A DNA stretch of 64,000 nucleotides from NCBI GenBank assembly GCA_963750165.1, contig CAVVPN010000011.1:864001-928000 (forward strand). Reading direction: 5' to 3'. This document shows, piece after piece, positions 19,436-30,381 of this stretch. The notes below the pieces were generated by a model. The model was given only the letters and a program-made list of their open reading frames with translations, did no database searches and was not told the DNA's origin. Numbering within the stretch: position 1 is the first letter of the stretch; every line of letters begins with the position of its first letter. This stretch comes from an uncultured Gemmataceae bacterium. GTDB taxonomy: Bacteria; Planctomycetota; Planctomycetia; Gemmatales; Gemmataceae. Both the position numbers and the translations under genes were made by a program.

Positions 19436-22048
19436 TCAAGCAGGGGCATCCCCATCTGTAGCAATATTGTGACTGTCCTGTACGAACAGGTTCTCACCCA
19501 CGTGCTCTCCGAGCTTGCGGTAGCTCTCCCACTGCGGCTCGTCGAACAACTGGTCGAGCGTGGTCTCGTTCGGGAAATCCAGGTGAAGGGCGGCGTAGTT
19601 TAGCACGTCAGCCGGTTCGTCCCCCGTGACCGTCGCCTTCAGGTAGAGCAGCCAGGTGTGCCGGCGGTTGACCCACGGATCCCCCGTCGGCTCGCGCGGC
19701 CCGGGGGGATAGCGGACGAGGAAGAGGGCGGCGTGCTTGCGGGAGAGTTGGTCCGCGGCGGTCAACAGGTCGCTGCGGGTGCCAAGGTACGGCGCCACCG
19801 AACCCGGTACGCCCTGCTTATGCAAGGCCACGGGGTCCGGGTCCACTTCCTGGATCTCCGCCTCGAGGTCCACCCGCGCCAGGCGGACGAGGTCGCCGAT
19901 GTCCGTCCCCTGGCGGGCCTGATCCTGCCCGGCGTCACAGATGATGACGAAGGGCACGCGCCGGCGGAGCAACTCGTACGCCCCCGAGTTCTCGAAGTTG
20001 CCGCCGTCCGACAGGTACCAGTAGCGGTACCAGGGGCCGCCGAACCGGCCGACCAGCTCGCTCAGCAGGAGCGACTGGGCACGGAACCAGTGCGACAGGC
20101 CGACGGTCACCGCCTGCCACAGGCCGCCCTTGACCGGCACGTCCCGGCGCTCCTCCACGTTCAAACCGGAGTTCCACCAGTACCCCAGGCGCACGTTGGC
20201 GAGGGTGAAGAGCAGGGCCTTGCCGAGCCCGGTGTTGCGGCCCATGCCGGGACTGACGGCGGCCCCGGAGATGGCGACCCATTCGCGCAGGTCGAGCGAC
20301 TCCACCGGGACGGGATCGCCCGCGCGGTCCAGGAACGGGTGCGGGCCGCCGTCGGCCGCCAGCGGAACCAGGGTGTCCCCCTGCGGCGCGTCGCCGGCCC
20401 ATAAGGCGTGCCACCGCTGCGCGACGTTGACCCCCGCGGGCCCCACGGCCAGGTTCTCGGCCTGGCGGTCGCGCAGACCGCGTTGCGAGGCCACGTCGAT
20501 GGTCTCGTTCACGGCGCAGTTGATCAGGTGGAGCGGGCCGCCGGCCGCGTGCGGCGCGTACTGGTCGAAGGCCACGTCGTCGCCCGGCACCACGGCGGTG
20601 ACGTTCCGCCCCTCGAGGTGCAGCCGGCGCTGCGGGTTGACGGCCCCCAGGAAGGCCCGCGCCAGCCGGCTGGCGTAGATCTCCCGCGGGCCGGAGCGGT
20701 TGATGAACGGCACGCATGCCCGTGTCCCCAGGAGCAGGCTGACGGCAACGGCGACGGCGGTGACCGCCATCCCCGGGGCGTAGGCCGCCCCGGCCCGGTA
20801 GGCGGCGTGACTGGCGAAGGACAGCACCACCAGGATCGGTAGCGCCCCGAGGACCAGGACCGCCACGGCCAGCACATACGGCCACTGCTTCTCCAGGAGG
20901 CTCGACCCGCGCTCCGCCCGCGTGAGGAACCAGCCTGACACCATCCGCAACAGGGACACCAGCCCCAGGAGGAACCCGCTCATTGAGGCGAACCAGACGG
21001 TGACGTTGCCGGCGTGAAAGCCCCCGCCTGCAAGCATGAACTGGGCCAGCCACCGGCCGAACCAGTCCACCACGCCAAGCACCGCGAATAGCAGCCCGGC
21101 GGACAGCCAGAACGCCAGCCGGGCCGTCAGGTGGTTGCGGGCGCGCAGCAGGCGGTAGCGGTTGCGCGGGTCCACGGCAGGCCCCTCGCTCCGCCGCACC
21201 GCCGCCCACGCCCCCAGGGCCCAGCACACCGTCGCGGCGAGGACGATGACGCTCAGCGGGCTGGAGGTGGCGATCAACACGCTGACGCTCACGAGCGCGG
21301 CCGCCACCAGGGCCGGGGCGATGAAGCTTTCGAGCCGGTCCTGGGAAACCAGCCAATACGCGGCCATCAGCGGCAGCACCGCCAGCCAGAGGATGATCTC
21401 GGCGAGGCCCGCCCATGGCCCCGGCCACTGGGCCGTCAGGTTGCCGGCGAGCGGCGTCAGTGTGGCGAGCAGGCCCGCGAAGGTCGATTTTACCGCCCCG
21501 TACGGGCTACTGTAGTTGACCGCGTTCAGCACGCCGAAGACAGCGAAGATGAACACGGCCAGGACGAACTGGACCGAGAGCAGGTTGCGCCAGAACCCGG
21601 CGACGTTGGTGAGCACTTCCCCCAGGCCGGTCGGGGACAGGTAGTTCGAGTTCTGCCGCAGCCAGAGCATCGGGGCCGAGTTGCCGTCGCGCAAGTCGCG
21701 GGCCACGCGCGCCTGGGCCGCCCCAGGGGCCTCGTCCGGGACGGCGCCGGTGAGCCCCCCGGGCTTGCCGCAGAGGTCGAAAAAGCGGCCGAGGAAGGCG
21801 CCGATGTAGCCGCCGCCGGACACGGTCGAGAGGAAGTCCACGTGCCGTAGCCAGCCCCGCCGGGCCAGGGACTGCAGGACGCCGAGACAGAACGCGGCGC
21901 TGCGGATGCCACCGCCCGAGAGCGCCAGGCCCAGCGTGTCGCCGGGAAGGCCACCTGGCTGGGTCTCGGGGGCCCCGGCCGGGCCCGGCCCCGCGGGGGG
22001 CTTCAGCGTCAGGAGCCACGGCTGGGGGCGCGGCGGTGTCATGCTCAT
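19436..22048 (-). CDS. Patatin/cPLA2-like phospholipase with a multi-pass membrane region
   Basis: GLALSGGGIRSA, STVSGGGYIG (nucleophile Ser) and YLSDGGNFEN (catalytic Asp); many hydrophobic helices in between. Confidence 0.85.
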   Translation of the reverse strand: MSMTPPRPQPWLLTLKPPAGPGPAGAPETQPGGLPGDTLGLALSGGGIRSAAFCLGVLQSLARRGWLRHVDFLSTVSGGGYIGAFLGRFFDLCGKPGGLTGAVPDEAPGAAQARVARDLRDGNSAPMLWLRQNSNYLSPTGLGEVLTNVAGFWRNLLSVQFVLAVFIFAVFGVLNAVNYSSPYGAVKSTFAGLLATLTPLAGNLTAQWPGPWAGLAEIILWLAVLPLMAAYWLVSQDRLESFIAPALVAAALVSVSVLIATSSPLSVIVLAATVCWALGAWAAVRRSEGPAVDPRNRYRLLRARNHLTARLAFWLSAGLLFAVLGVVDWFGRWLAQFMLAGGGFHAGNVTVWFASMSGFLLGLVSLLRMVSGWFLTRAERGSSLLEKQWPYVLAVAVLVLGALPILVVLSFASHAAYRAGAAYAPGMAVTAVAVAVSLLLGTRACVPFINRSGPREIYASRLARAFLGAVNPQRRLHLEGRNVTAVVPGDDVAFDQYAPHAAGGPLHLINCAVNETIDVASQRGLRDRQAENLAVGPAGVNVAQRWHALWAGDAPQGDTLVPLAADGGPHPFLDRAGDPVPVESLDLREWVAISGAAVSPGMGRNTGLGKALLFTLANVRLGYWWNSGLNVEERRDVPVKGGLWQAVTVGLSHWFRAQSLLLSELVGRFGGPWYRYWYLSDGGNFENSGAYELLRRRVPFVIICDAGQDQARQGTDIGDLVRLARVDLEAEIQEVDPDPVALHKQGVPGSVAPYLGTRSDLLTAADQLSRKHAALFLVRYPPGPREPTGDPWVNRRHTWLLYLKATVTGDEPADVLNYAALHLDFPNETTLDQLFDEPQWESYRKLGEHVGENLFVQDSHNIATDGDAPA

Positions 22049-22078
22049 AGGTCGTTCGTCCTCGGGTTCGCGGCGGAT

Positions 22079-24307
22079 TCAGAGACCTGCCCGGCGGCGG
22101 CGGCCGGCGATCAACTCGGCCTCGGCCGCCTCCATGGCCGCGGGGTAGAGCCGGCGGGCCTCGAACACGGCGCTCGACGGCAGCACCGGGTCGAGCTTCA
22201 GCGCCTCGGCGGCCCCGGGCGGCAGTTGGCCGGGGGGGATGGGGTGGTCCTCGGTGAGCACGTCGGCCGCCTTCTCGGCGACCATATACACGTTGGCGAC
22301 GATGAAGAAGCCAGGGATGCGCGGGAAGACGGAGGCGTCCACGACGCGGAGGCCCTGGACCCCGCGCACCCGGAAGCGGCTGTCGAGCACGGTCAAGGGG
22401 TCGTCCCCGGAGCCGATGCGGCACGTCCCGCAGGCGTGGTGCCCCCAGGCGATGTGCTTGATCCAACGGCGGACGTTGCCCTTGAACACGTCGATGCCCG
22501 GCAATCGGTAGTCCTGGATCGTGCCGTCGCCCTTGCCGATGTCCATGATGGAGCGCACGAACGCCACCCCCTGGTGCAGCGCCTCCAGGTCCGGGTCCCG
22601 GCTCGCGGGGAATTTGCCATCGGTCAGTTCCAGGCTCGGGTCGGGGGCCTGCGGGAACGAGCGGAAATTGATCTCCGGCCGCCGGAAGGGGTGGGCGCTC
22701 TGCAGGCGCACGTAGCCTTCGTTGTGCCGCGTCCGGGCCTTGAGGATCAGCCAGGTCAGCGTGCGCCGGTAGTACGGTTTGTCCCCGGGGTACGTCGGGT
22801 TGAGGGCTTCCGGCCGGGAGTAGCCCACAGAGTAGCCCGGGAAGTTGGCTGCCAGCGCCAGGGTGAACAGATCCGGGGCGGCGTCCTCCTGGCCGGAGCG
22901 GATGAAGATGCCGACCAGCCCGCCGTTGGTGGCGTAGACGCCGCGGCGGTACGCGGACTGGCCGGCGCGGGCGACCCATTGCCGCAGTTCGGGGTCGCCG
23001 GCGGACGACAGGATGAGGCCGTCCAGACTCCGGAAGCGGTCCGTCACCGTGGCGACGACCGGCACCTCGTAGCGGTCCTGCAGGTTCCGCCCCACACCAG
23101 GCAGGTCCACGTGCGGCTCGATGCCGTGGCCGCGCAGGTGTTCGGCCGGGCCGACGCCCGAGAGCAGGAGCAGTTGTGGGGTGTTGAAGGTCCCGCCACA
23201 CAGGATGACCTCGCGGCGGCAGTGGAGCGTGACCACCTGCTCGCGCCAGCCGTGGTCGTCGAGGACTGTAGCCGCCGGGTCGGCCTCGTAGACGTGCTCG
23301 CGCGGCAAGTAGCGGATGCCGGTCGCGCGGACCCGGGCCTCCATCCCGCCGACCCGGACCGGGGCCGAGTCCTCGGCGAACACGATCTCGGTGACGCACG
23401 CCCCGGTGAGCAGGTGCAGTCGTTCCGCGGCGGCCGAGCCCGAGTGTTTCAGACCGAGCAGCCGCTCCCGCGGGCTGGACCGCTCCCCCTCGGGCGTGAT
23501 CGCGCACGGGATGCGCGAGACGCCCACGCCCTTGCGCCGCATCGTCTCCCAGTGGTTCGGGTCCAGGTCGGGGAGCGTCCGGCCCGTGAACGCGGCCCGC
23601 GCCAGGTCGCCGAAGCGGTCCACGCCCGCCTTCAGCGAGGCCAGCGCCGCGGCGAGCACGACCTTCAGGAACTGGCGGTCCCGCTTCAACAGGCGCAGGT
23701 CGGACATGGTGGAGTCGAGCCAGCCGTGAAAGCCGTGCCGCCCGTCCTCCCAGCCCGTGCCGAAGCCGAGCCAGCCCTTGAGTCGCCCCCAAGGGGAGGG
23801 CCGGGCGTAGTGGCACCGCTCGACGCGCTGGAAGTAGGGGCGCATGCGCTCGCCGCGCCAGCTCTCGTCCTCGGTCGCCTCGGCAATCCCGTCCCAGTCC
23901 TCGGACAGGCCACTGATCGTGATCATGGCGTTGTGGATGGTGCAGCCGCCCACCCCCTGGGCCCGCGGGTAGAAGATGCCGCGCTCGTCACGGCGGGCGT
24001 CGTCGGGGCGGTGGACCTTGGGGTCCAGACTGCCGTCCGGGTCGTCGTCGAAGTGCTTGACGAAGTAGCGCAGGGAGTGGCGCGGATCCTCGGTGGACTC
24101 GATGTGGAGCAGTGGCACCACGGTGCTCTCCGCCTTCGCCCCGGCGGGCGTCGGCGGCTTTTCCGGCCCCATCTCCACCACCAGCACCGTGTACCCGCGC
24201 TCGGCCAGCCGCGCCGCCAGCGGGGCGCCGCCGGCCCCGGCTCCGACGACGATGAAGTCGAGCGGCGTCCTGTCGAGCGTTTTCCAGTCTTCCGGGATGG
24301 TAGTCAT
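22079..24307 (-). CDS. GMC-family FAD oxidoreductase
   Basis: DFIVVGAGAGG, YPRAQGVGGCTIHNAM, LLLLSGVGP, GVGRNLQDR, WGHHACGTCRIG, VVDASVFP. Confidence 0.92.
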   Translation of the reverse strand: MTTIPEDWKTLDRTPLDFIVVGAGAGGAPLAARLAERGYTVLVVEMGPEKPPTPAGAKAESTVVPLLHIESTEDPRHSLRYFVKHFDDDPDGSLDPKVHRPDDARRDERGIFYPRAQGVGGCTIHNAMITISGLSEDWDGIAEATEDESWRGERMRPYFQRVERCHYARPSPWGRLKGWLGFGTGWEDGRHGFHGWLDSTMSDLRLLKRDRQFLKVVLAAALASLKAGVDRFGDLARAAFTGRTLPDLDPNHWETMRRKGVGVSRIPCAITPEGERSSPRERLLGLKHSGSAAAERLHLLTGACVTEIVFAEDSAPVRVGGMEARVRATGIRYLPREHVYEADPAATVLDDHGWREQVVTLHCRREVILCGGTFNTPQLLLLSGVGPAEHLRGHGIEPHVDLPGVGRNLQDRYEVPVVATVTDRFRSLDGLILSSAGDPELRQWVARAGQSAYRRGVYATNGGLVGIFIRSGQEDAAPDLFTLALAANFPGYSVGYSRPEALNPTYPGDKPYYRRTLTWLILKARTRHNEGYVRLQSAHPFRRPEINFRSFPQAPDPSLELTDGKFPASRDPDLEALHQGVAFVRSIMDIGKGDGTIQDYRLPGIDVFKGNVRRWIKHIAWGHHACGTCRIGSGDDPLTVLDSRFRVRGVQGLRVVDASVFPRIPGFFIVANVYMVAEKAADVLTEDHPIPPGQLPPGAAEALKLDPVLPSSAVFEARRLYPAAMEAAEAELIAGRRRRAGL

Positions 24308-24343
24308 GGTGTCCGGGGTCCAGGGGTTCAGGGCCGCGCCGGG

Positions 24344-27300
24344 TCAGAACGTCTTGAGCAACTCGATCAGGGCCTTCTTGTCGTCGTCGGACATCTGGAG
24401 CAGGAACTCGAAGTCATGGCCGCGGTCCATGACGAAGTCGGGGCAGCGACTCGCGGCCATGAAGGCCGGGCCGACCTGCTCCTCGAACTCCTTCCGCCCG
24501 GGTTTCTTGCCCTCGGGGGCTCGCTGGTGCTCGATGACGAAATCGATCAGCGCCGACACGGCCGCCAGCTGCGCTTCCAGGGGGGCGTCCGGGTCGGTGT
24601 TGGCCAGCAGGTTCACCGGCACCCCCTCCGGGATCGGGCCGAAGCGGATGTCGCCGCCGCGGCCGGAGAAGAACTGCCCGAAGCCGAGGGCCACCAGCAC
24701 GGCCAGGAGCAGACAGGTGGCCCCGAAGAACTGCGTCAGCCGGTGCCCGAAGCCCCCCTTCGGCAGCCGGTGCAGTAGTAGCAATACTGTGACCGACCCG
24801 AAAAAGACCACGGGGACGAGTAGCGCCTGGACCCGCAGCAGAAAGCCCGATCCCTGCGTGCTCATGTCGAGCAGCATGAGGGTGGGCCAGAATTTGAAGA
24901 CGAAGATCATCGCGGCGACCCCCAGGAACAAGGCCGCGACGGTCAGCAGCCAGCGGATCGGCTCGAACAGGTATTCCAGCAGGGGCACCCGCTTTTCGAG
25001 CCGCTCGCGGAAGGAGAGGATCTGTCCGCTGAGCAGGAGCGTCACGCCCAGCAGCACGAAGGCAATCGACGGCAGCCACGGCACGAGGGCCACCCAGAAC
25101 GGCGACCAGCCGGTCAGGCCCGCCACCAGGACGGGGACCTGGTTGGCGTAGAACATCACCCAGGTTTCCTGCGCCGTCCGCCATACCAGGCCGCCGTCTT
25201 CCGCCAGCTGCTCGTTCACCTTCTTGACCACGTCGTCCTTTTCCTCGTCGGTCAGTTGGCTATACTTCTTCGCCTCGGACTTGCCCCCGGCTTTCGGCCA
25301 CAGGTGCTGGTGCAGGGCGTGGTAGTCGGACAGGTCGTCCTTCGTGACCCGCAGGCGCTTCGCGGGCCACAGCAGTTTCGCTGCGGCGTCGTCGAAGGCG
25401 TCCAGCCGGCCCTTGACCGAGGGGTCGTTGTTGAACCGGCCCAGGGCGTTATTGTGGAAGAACGGGGCCGTGGCCCAGATGCTGATGAGGGTGGGCACGC
25501 GGTAGTAGCCGCGGCCGCCGCCCGGAGCCTGGTAAGACTTGTCGGCCCCGGAGAGCGGGTCGCGATAGCCGACCCGGCCGACCGCGTCAAGTTCCTTGTA
25601 CGTCTGGGACGCGAAGTCCTCCCACATATGTCCGTGTAAGCCGTTGGTGGCCATCGCGCGTTGGGAGTTGGTCCGGGTGAGCGTCACTGGGATGCGCATA
25701 TCGGTGGACAGGTAGTTCTTCTTGCCCCAGTAGTCCGGGACGTTGACCGCCTTCTCGGCCCAGCGGGCGTAGGCCGGCGGCAGGACGCCGTCGCCGCGGG
25801 TGAGCCGGGTCAGGTCTTCCATCCGCAGGCGCAGCCCCCGTCGGGCCGCGGCCAGCTTCGTCGATTGTTCCGCCGTGAGGGTTTTCCAGTCCGAAGGGAG
25901 GCCGTCGGGCTGCGGCACTCCGTCGCCCTTGATCTGCTTCTCAATGTCCGGGTCATCCCCCGGCTGGATGCTTGAATGGCAGGCGATGCACCCTCGGGCA
26001 AAAGCCTTGCGGCCTGCCTTGTGGTCGTCGTGCATGGTGTCGCCGTCACCCTTCAGCTTGCCGATCTCCTTGACCCGTGCGGCGTTCTTCAGGCGCATGG
26101 GGTCGGTTGCTTTCATGAAAAACTGGAACATCGGCTCGACGCGGATCTTGGTCGCGTGCCAGAAGAGCGAGTTTTCCTCACAGACCTTGACTTTGAACGG
26201 CTCCTGCTTGCGGAAGCCCAGCAGCGGATTGTGCAGGCGGATCCATTGCTGATGGTAGGTGCCGATGTTCAGGTAAACCCGGGCCAGAGCCAGGTTGATG
26301 CCGACGCTGTCCGAGCCGTCGAGCAGCACGCGTGGCACGAATTGCGGGTTGGGGCTGTTGGGGTCGATGACTCGCAGATACGCCATGGTGTCCGGGCCGA
26401 TGGTCTCCTTCGGGTTGTGCTTGGCCCGCTCTCGGCGGGCCGGCAGGTTATAAAAGGCGTTGATGGTGTTGGCGTTGTTGATGTTGTCGGACGGGACCAG
26501 GGACGTGTCGATGGTTCCCGGCAACTGGACGTCGATCACCTGGGCAAGGAAGTTGTTCGCCTCCAGGGTGTTGGCGAAGATGTAACGGAAACGCAGGTAC
26601 TGGCCGCCGATGTTGTTCGACAGGTTCTCCCACTTCGGCGCCTCGGGATCGGCCGGCGGGTTGAGTGGGTGTGGGGCAATGTGGCAGAACCCACAGCTCA
26701 TGCCGACGCGGAAGGGGCGGATGGTGTCCGGCCGCGCGGCGTACTCGGGGTCGTTGTAGTAGCGAGCCGGGTCCTTCTCGCGGGCGCGCTTCCAGGCCGT
26801 CTCGGCGGCGCCCTTGAACTCCGGGTTCGGGAACAACCTCAGCCCGACGACGCCAGACGGATATCCGTAATACTCAGGGTTCGGCGCGTGGTTCACCCGC
26901 TCAACGTGGTTATCTGTCGGACGGTCGTAGCGGACGCCGTTGGCTTGCTCGGTCTCCTCCGCCGTCGGCGGCCGCATGCCCGGCTCGGAGAGTAGCCCCG
27001 CCTTGCCGAACCGCTTGCCGCGTTCCTGGCTGTCGATCAGCTTCAGCAGGTCGATCGAGCCGTAGCTGTTCCGGGAGAGCCAGTCCCAGAATGCCTCGTT
27101 GCCGCCGGTCCACAGCACCCAGGCGTTGCGGCCCTTGACCTCCTCCGCACTCAACTTCAATTTTTCGATGGGCGGGCCGCCCTTCGTGCAGTCCATGTCC
27201 TCGAAGTAATTCGCGGCGGCCGGCTTGTAATACCGCAGCGCCGCCTCCTCCAGCCTGCGCCGGCGTGACCGCCGCCCCGCCGAAATGTTTCTCCTTGGCC

Positions 27301-27395
27301 TCGTCCGGCGGCGGCGTGGTCGCGGCGCACCCGGCCAGGATGGTCACGAACAGAGGCAGGGTAAGCCACGCACACCGAGTCATCTTCATCGCCAT
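24344..27395 (-). CDS. Large diheme cytochrome c (RoxA-like) lipoprotein with a C-terminal transmembrane insert; frameshift near 27240
   Basis: CGFCH and CIACH heme motifs; YYRVPTLISIWATAPFFHNN; ends LIELLKTF; signal peptide with LAGC lipobox is in the adjacent frame from 27395. Confidence 0.8.
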
Positions 27396-27465
27396 GAGAC
27401 GACACCTTGTGTAGAGCCCCGGAGGGGCGACAGATGTTAGCCAGGGTGCCAACCCCTGAGACATT

Positions 27466-29052
27466 TCACGGTCCGATCATCAACCGGCCCACCCGCTCAG
27501 CCAGCGCCGCAATGGTCATGGACGGGTTGCGGCCGATGGCACGGGGCAGGATCGCGCCGTCCGTGACGTAAAGGTTGCGGTAGCCGAACACCTCCCCGCG
27601 GTGGTCCACGACGCCGTTTTCCCAGGCCGTCCCCGTTTTGCAGCCCCCGAGGGGGTGGACGGTGACCAGCGCCTTGAGCCACGACCAGTACCAGGGCACG
27701 TGCAGCGTCCCGCCACCGGCCTGCGACAGCTGCCGCTGTATGCCAAGGATGGAGTTGATGACAGGCAGGGACCGGCGCGGGTTCCAGGCAACCTTCAAAG
27801 TCGTTCGCCACGGCGGAAGCCAACCACGGCCCAGCGTGAGCCGGCCGTCGGCGGCATCGACCCCTTCGCCCAGCCAGACCATCGCGTTGCCCAGCGGGTT
27901 CTTCTCGTTGAGGCCGCGCCGCAGGTATGCGCGTAGCACCCAGGTGATCGGCCGGAGCCAGTCCCAGCCGCGCTTCGCCAGCACGGCGTTGAGCAACAGG
28001 TTCGGGAAGCCATCGTCCTCGATGAAAAACCGCTGCCCGTCCACGCTGCCGTCCATGAAGTCCAGGCCCGCCGAGATGGTAGGACCGATGGACTGCCGGA
28101 CGGTCTCGGCCTTTTGATACAGGTCCAACGTAAAGAAGTTGGCGTTGGCGCTCCAGTGCTGGCCGAGGAGTGGGCTGACTCCGGGCAACGTCCGATACTC
28201 GTCCCGGCAGCGCAATAACAACTCGGTCGAGCCGAGGGAGCCGGCGGCCAAAACCACCCGCTCGGCGCGCTCCTCGCCGGGAACCAGTCGGCCGTCGGTG
28301 ATGCGGTCGAACACCACCCGATACCCCTGCGGCGTGGGTTCGACGTATCGGACCAGGTGCAGCGGCCGGAACTCGGCGCCGCGCTGCTCCGCCGCCGGAA
28401 TGTAGTTCAGGTCCAGGGTGTTCTTGGCCCGCACGTCACAGCCGATGTCGCAGTTGCCCAGGTGGACGCACGTCCCTTGCCGCTGCCCCTGGGCGTTGAC
28501 CACCGGCTTCGAGTGCTTCGGGTCGAGGGGCTCGGGCAAGTCGTAGTTCCACTCCGGGTCGAAGGTCAGGGCCAGCGGCACGTCCTGGTAGCGGGCGGCG
28601 GCGCCGGTCTTTTCCGCGGCGTGCCGCAGGAGCTTGGCGCGCTGAGTGTGCTGGCCGGCGGGGATCGGCCGCACGCCGAGCATCTGGCCGACCTTCTCGT
28701 AGTACGGGGCCAGCTCCTCCAGCGTGATTTCCGGCGCCCAGCCCTCCCGGAAGCGCTCGGCATCGGCGCGCATCAGGACGCTGGAATAGCACAGGGAGCC
28801 GCCGCCCACACCGGCGCCCTGGGCCACGGCCATCCGCCGGAAGAAGCGCAGGTCCAGCCAGCCGTTGTGCTGCTCCGGCCGGGCGGCGTGGTAAAGCCAG
28901 GCGTCGCCGGGGCGGCGCGGGTACTGCTCGGGCGTCCAGCGCCGGCCCCGCTCCAGGACCAGCACCCGCGCGCCCGCCTCCGCGAGCCGGCAGGCCACGA
29001 CCGAGCCCCCGAACCCACTGCCAACGACGATCACGTCATACGCTCCGGCCAT
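27466..29052 (-). CDS. GMC oxidoreductase, cholesterol-oxidase-like
   Basis: YDVIVVGSGFGGSV, GVGGGSL, CVHLGNCDIGC...AKNTLDLNY, TVHPLGGC, GRNPSMTIAALAER. Confidence 0.9.
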   Translation of the reverse strand: MAGAYDVIVVGSGFGGSVVACRLAEAGARVLVLERGRRWTPEQYPRRPGDAWLYHAARPEQHNGWLDLRFFRRMAVAQGAGVGGGSLCYSSVLMRADAERFREGWAPEITLEELAPYYEKVGQMLGVRPIPAGQHTQRAKLLRHAAEKTGAAARYQDVPLALTFDPEWNYDLPEPLDPKHSKPVVNAQGQRQGTCVHLGNCDIGCDVRAKNTLDLNYIPAAEQRGAEFRPLHLVRYVEPTPQGYRVVFDRITDGRLVPGEERAERVVLAAGSLGSTELLLRCRDEYRTLPGVSPLLGQHWSANANFFTLDLYQKAETVRQSIGPTISAGLDFMDGSVDGQRFFIEDDGFPNLLLNAVLAKRGWDWLRPITWVLRAYLRRGLNEKNPLGNAMVWLGEGVDAADGRLTLGRGWLPPWRTTLKVAWNPRRSLPVINSILGIQRQLSQAGGGTLHVPWYWSWLKALVTVHPLGGCKTGTAWENGVVDHRGEVFGYRNLYVTDGAILPRAIGRNPSMTIAALAERVGRLMIGP

Positions 29053-29081
29053 GCTCCCTCCGACGGGGCCTGCCGCCCGGC

Positions 29082-30344
29082 TCAGTTGTGACTCGGGATG
29101 TCCTGCGGGATCCAGAAGTGCAACCGTTTGTCGCCCCCTTCCGAGACCACGTCCTCGGTGAACGCGATGGTGCCAATCCGCGTCCAGTCCTTTTCCCAGA
29201 AACTCTTGACGCTGATGGTGTAGACGAGGGCGTGGTTCGGGTAATGCTTCAGCCGCAATTCCTCCCGGAAGTCAGCCGCGACCACCCGGGGCGTGCCGTC
29301 CTGCACCTGCAGCATAAACAGGTCCGGCGTGACCACCTTGCTGCCTGGCTTCAGCCCGAGCGTGGACAGCGGGTGCAGCAGGCGGTAGCCCGGCCGGGTG
29401 TCCATCATGCGGAAGATGACGCGGTTAATGAAATTGGCTCCCGGGTCCAGGCCGATGGTGGGCTGGTTGGTCACGGGGATGTTGGTGATGTACTTCTCCC
29501 GTGTGCCGCTCAGGTGGCTGACCGTGACGAAGTTCCCCGGCTTGACTCTCAGGCCCCGGTCCAGGGTCGGAAACACCTTGCCGGCGATGCCGAAGGCGCG
29601 GCGCTGGCCGCGCATGATTTGCGTCCCGGCGACCGAGAGCCGGGCGATGACCAGTCCCTCCGAGCCTTTGGCGAAGTAGCCGGTGTAGGGCGAATCCTGG
29701 TCGATATGCCACACGCCAGTGTAGCAGATGCCGTTCGTGTGAATGAGCTTGTCGAACCGGGGCCGGAGGTCGCGCCGGTCGGCCAGGTTGCGGGCCGAGG
29801 CGTTGATGAGCTGGATGAACGTTCCCAGGCCGACCCCACGATGGTAGGGCAACTCCTGGTACGGCTCGCGGAAGACGACCTCCCGGACCTCCTCGAACGT
29901 GGAGCCGTCGTACTCGAAGACGTACTGACCTTTGGCCTCCGGTACGCTGTCTTCCGGGATGTCCCCGAGCGGCGGCGGGGTGCGCAACACCCAGATCAGC
30001 AGCGGCAACTGGATGAGGAACACTACCAGGTCGATGAGGCCCAGCAGGGGGTACTGTCCGGGGTACAGACACAGGAAGAACAGGGCCAGCAGCAGCCGCG
30101 CAGGCACCGCCAACTTGGCGCTGATGAGGCAGCGGTACGGGTCCATCGCCCCGGGGATGTAGAACAGCGACAGCAAAAACAGCAACAGCGCGGAGAAGGC
30201 GACCCACAGGGAGTTTTCGGTCGCCTTCAGCCCGGTGACGGACAGCGCCCAGTCCGGCGCGAAGACCGCTGGCACCGCCCGGAGCCAGTCCACCAGCACG
30301 CCCAGCCACAGGGCGCGACCCAACCAGACGGCAGGCTTGTTCAC
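29082..30344 (-). CDS. Four-TM membrane domain fused to a catalase-like domain
   Basis: GTG start with AGGAGG RBS; N-terminus is homologous to 31915-32307; KLIHTNGICYTGVW...YTGYF...IARLS...FGIAGKVFP resembles the distal-His region of catalase-fold proteins. Confidence 0.6.
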   Translation of the reverse strand: MNKPAVWLGRALWLGVLVDWLRAVPAVFAPDWALSVTGLKATENSLWVAFSALLLFLLSLFYIPGAMDPYRCLISAKLAVPARLLLALFFLCLYPGQYPLLGLIDLVVFLIQLPLLIWVLRTPPPLGDIPEDSVPEAKGQYVFEYDGSTFEEVREVVFREPYQELPYHRGVGLGTFIQLINASARNLADRRDLRPRFDKLIHTNGICYTGVWHIDQDSPYTGYFAKGSEGLVIARLSVAGTQIMRGQRRAFGIAGKVFPTLDRGLRVKPGNFVTVSHLSGTREKYITNIPVTNQPTIGLDPGANFINRVIFRMMDTRPGYRLLHPLSTLGLKPGSKVVTPDLFMLQVQDGTPRVVAADFREELRLKHYPNHALVYTISVKSFWEKDWTRIGTIAFTEDVVSEGGDKRLHFWIPQDIPSHN

Positions 30345-30381
30345 GTGACACCCTCCTGGGGCCGGCACAACGTTCCGCCGA

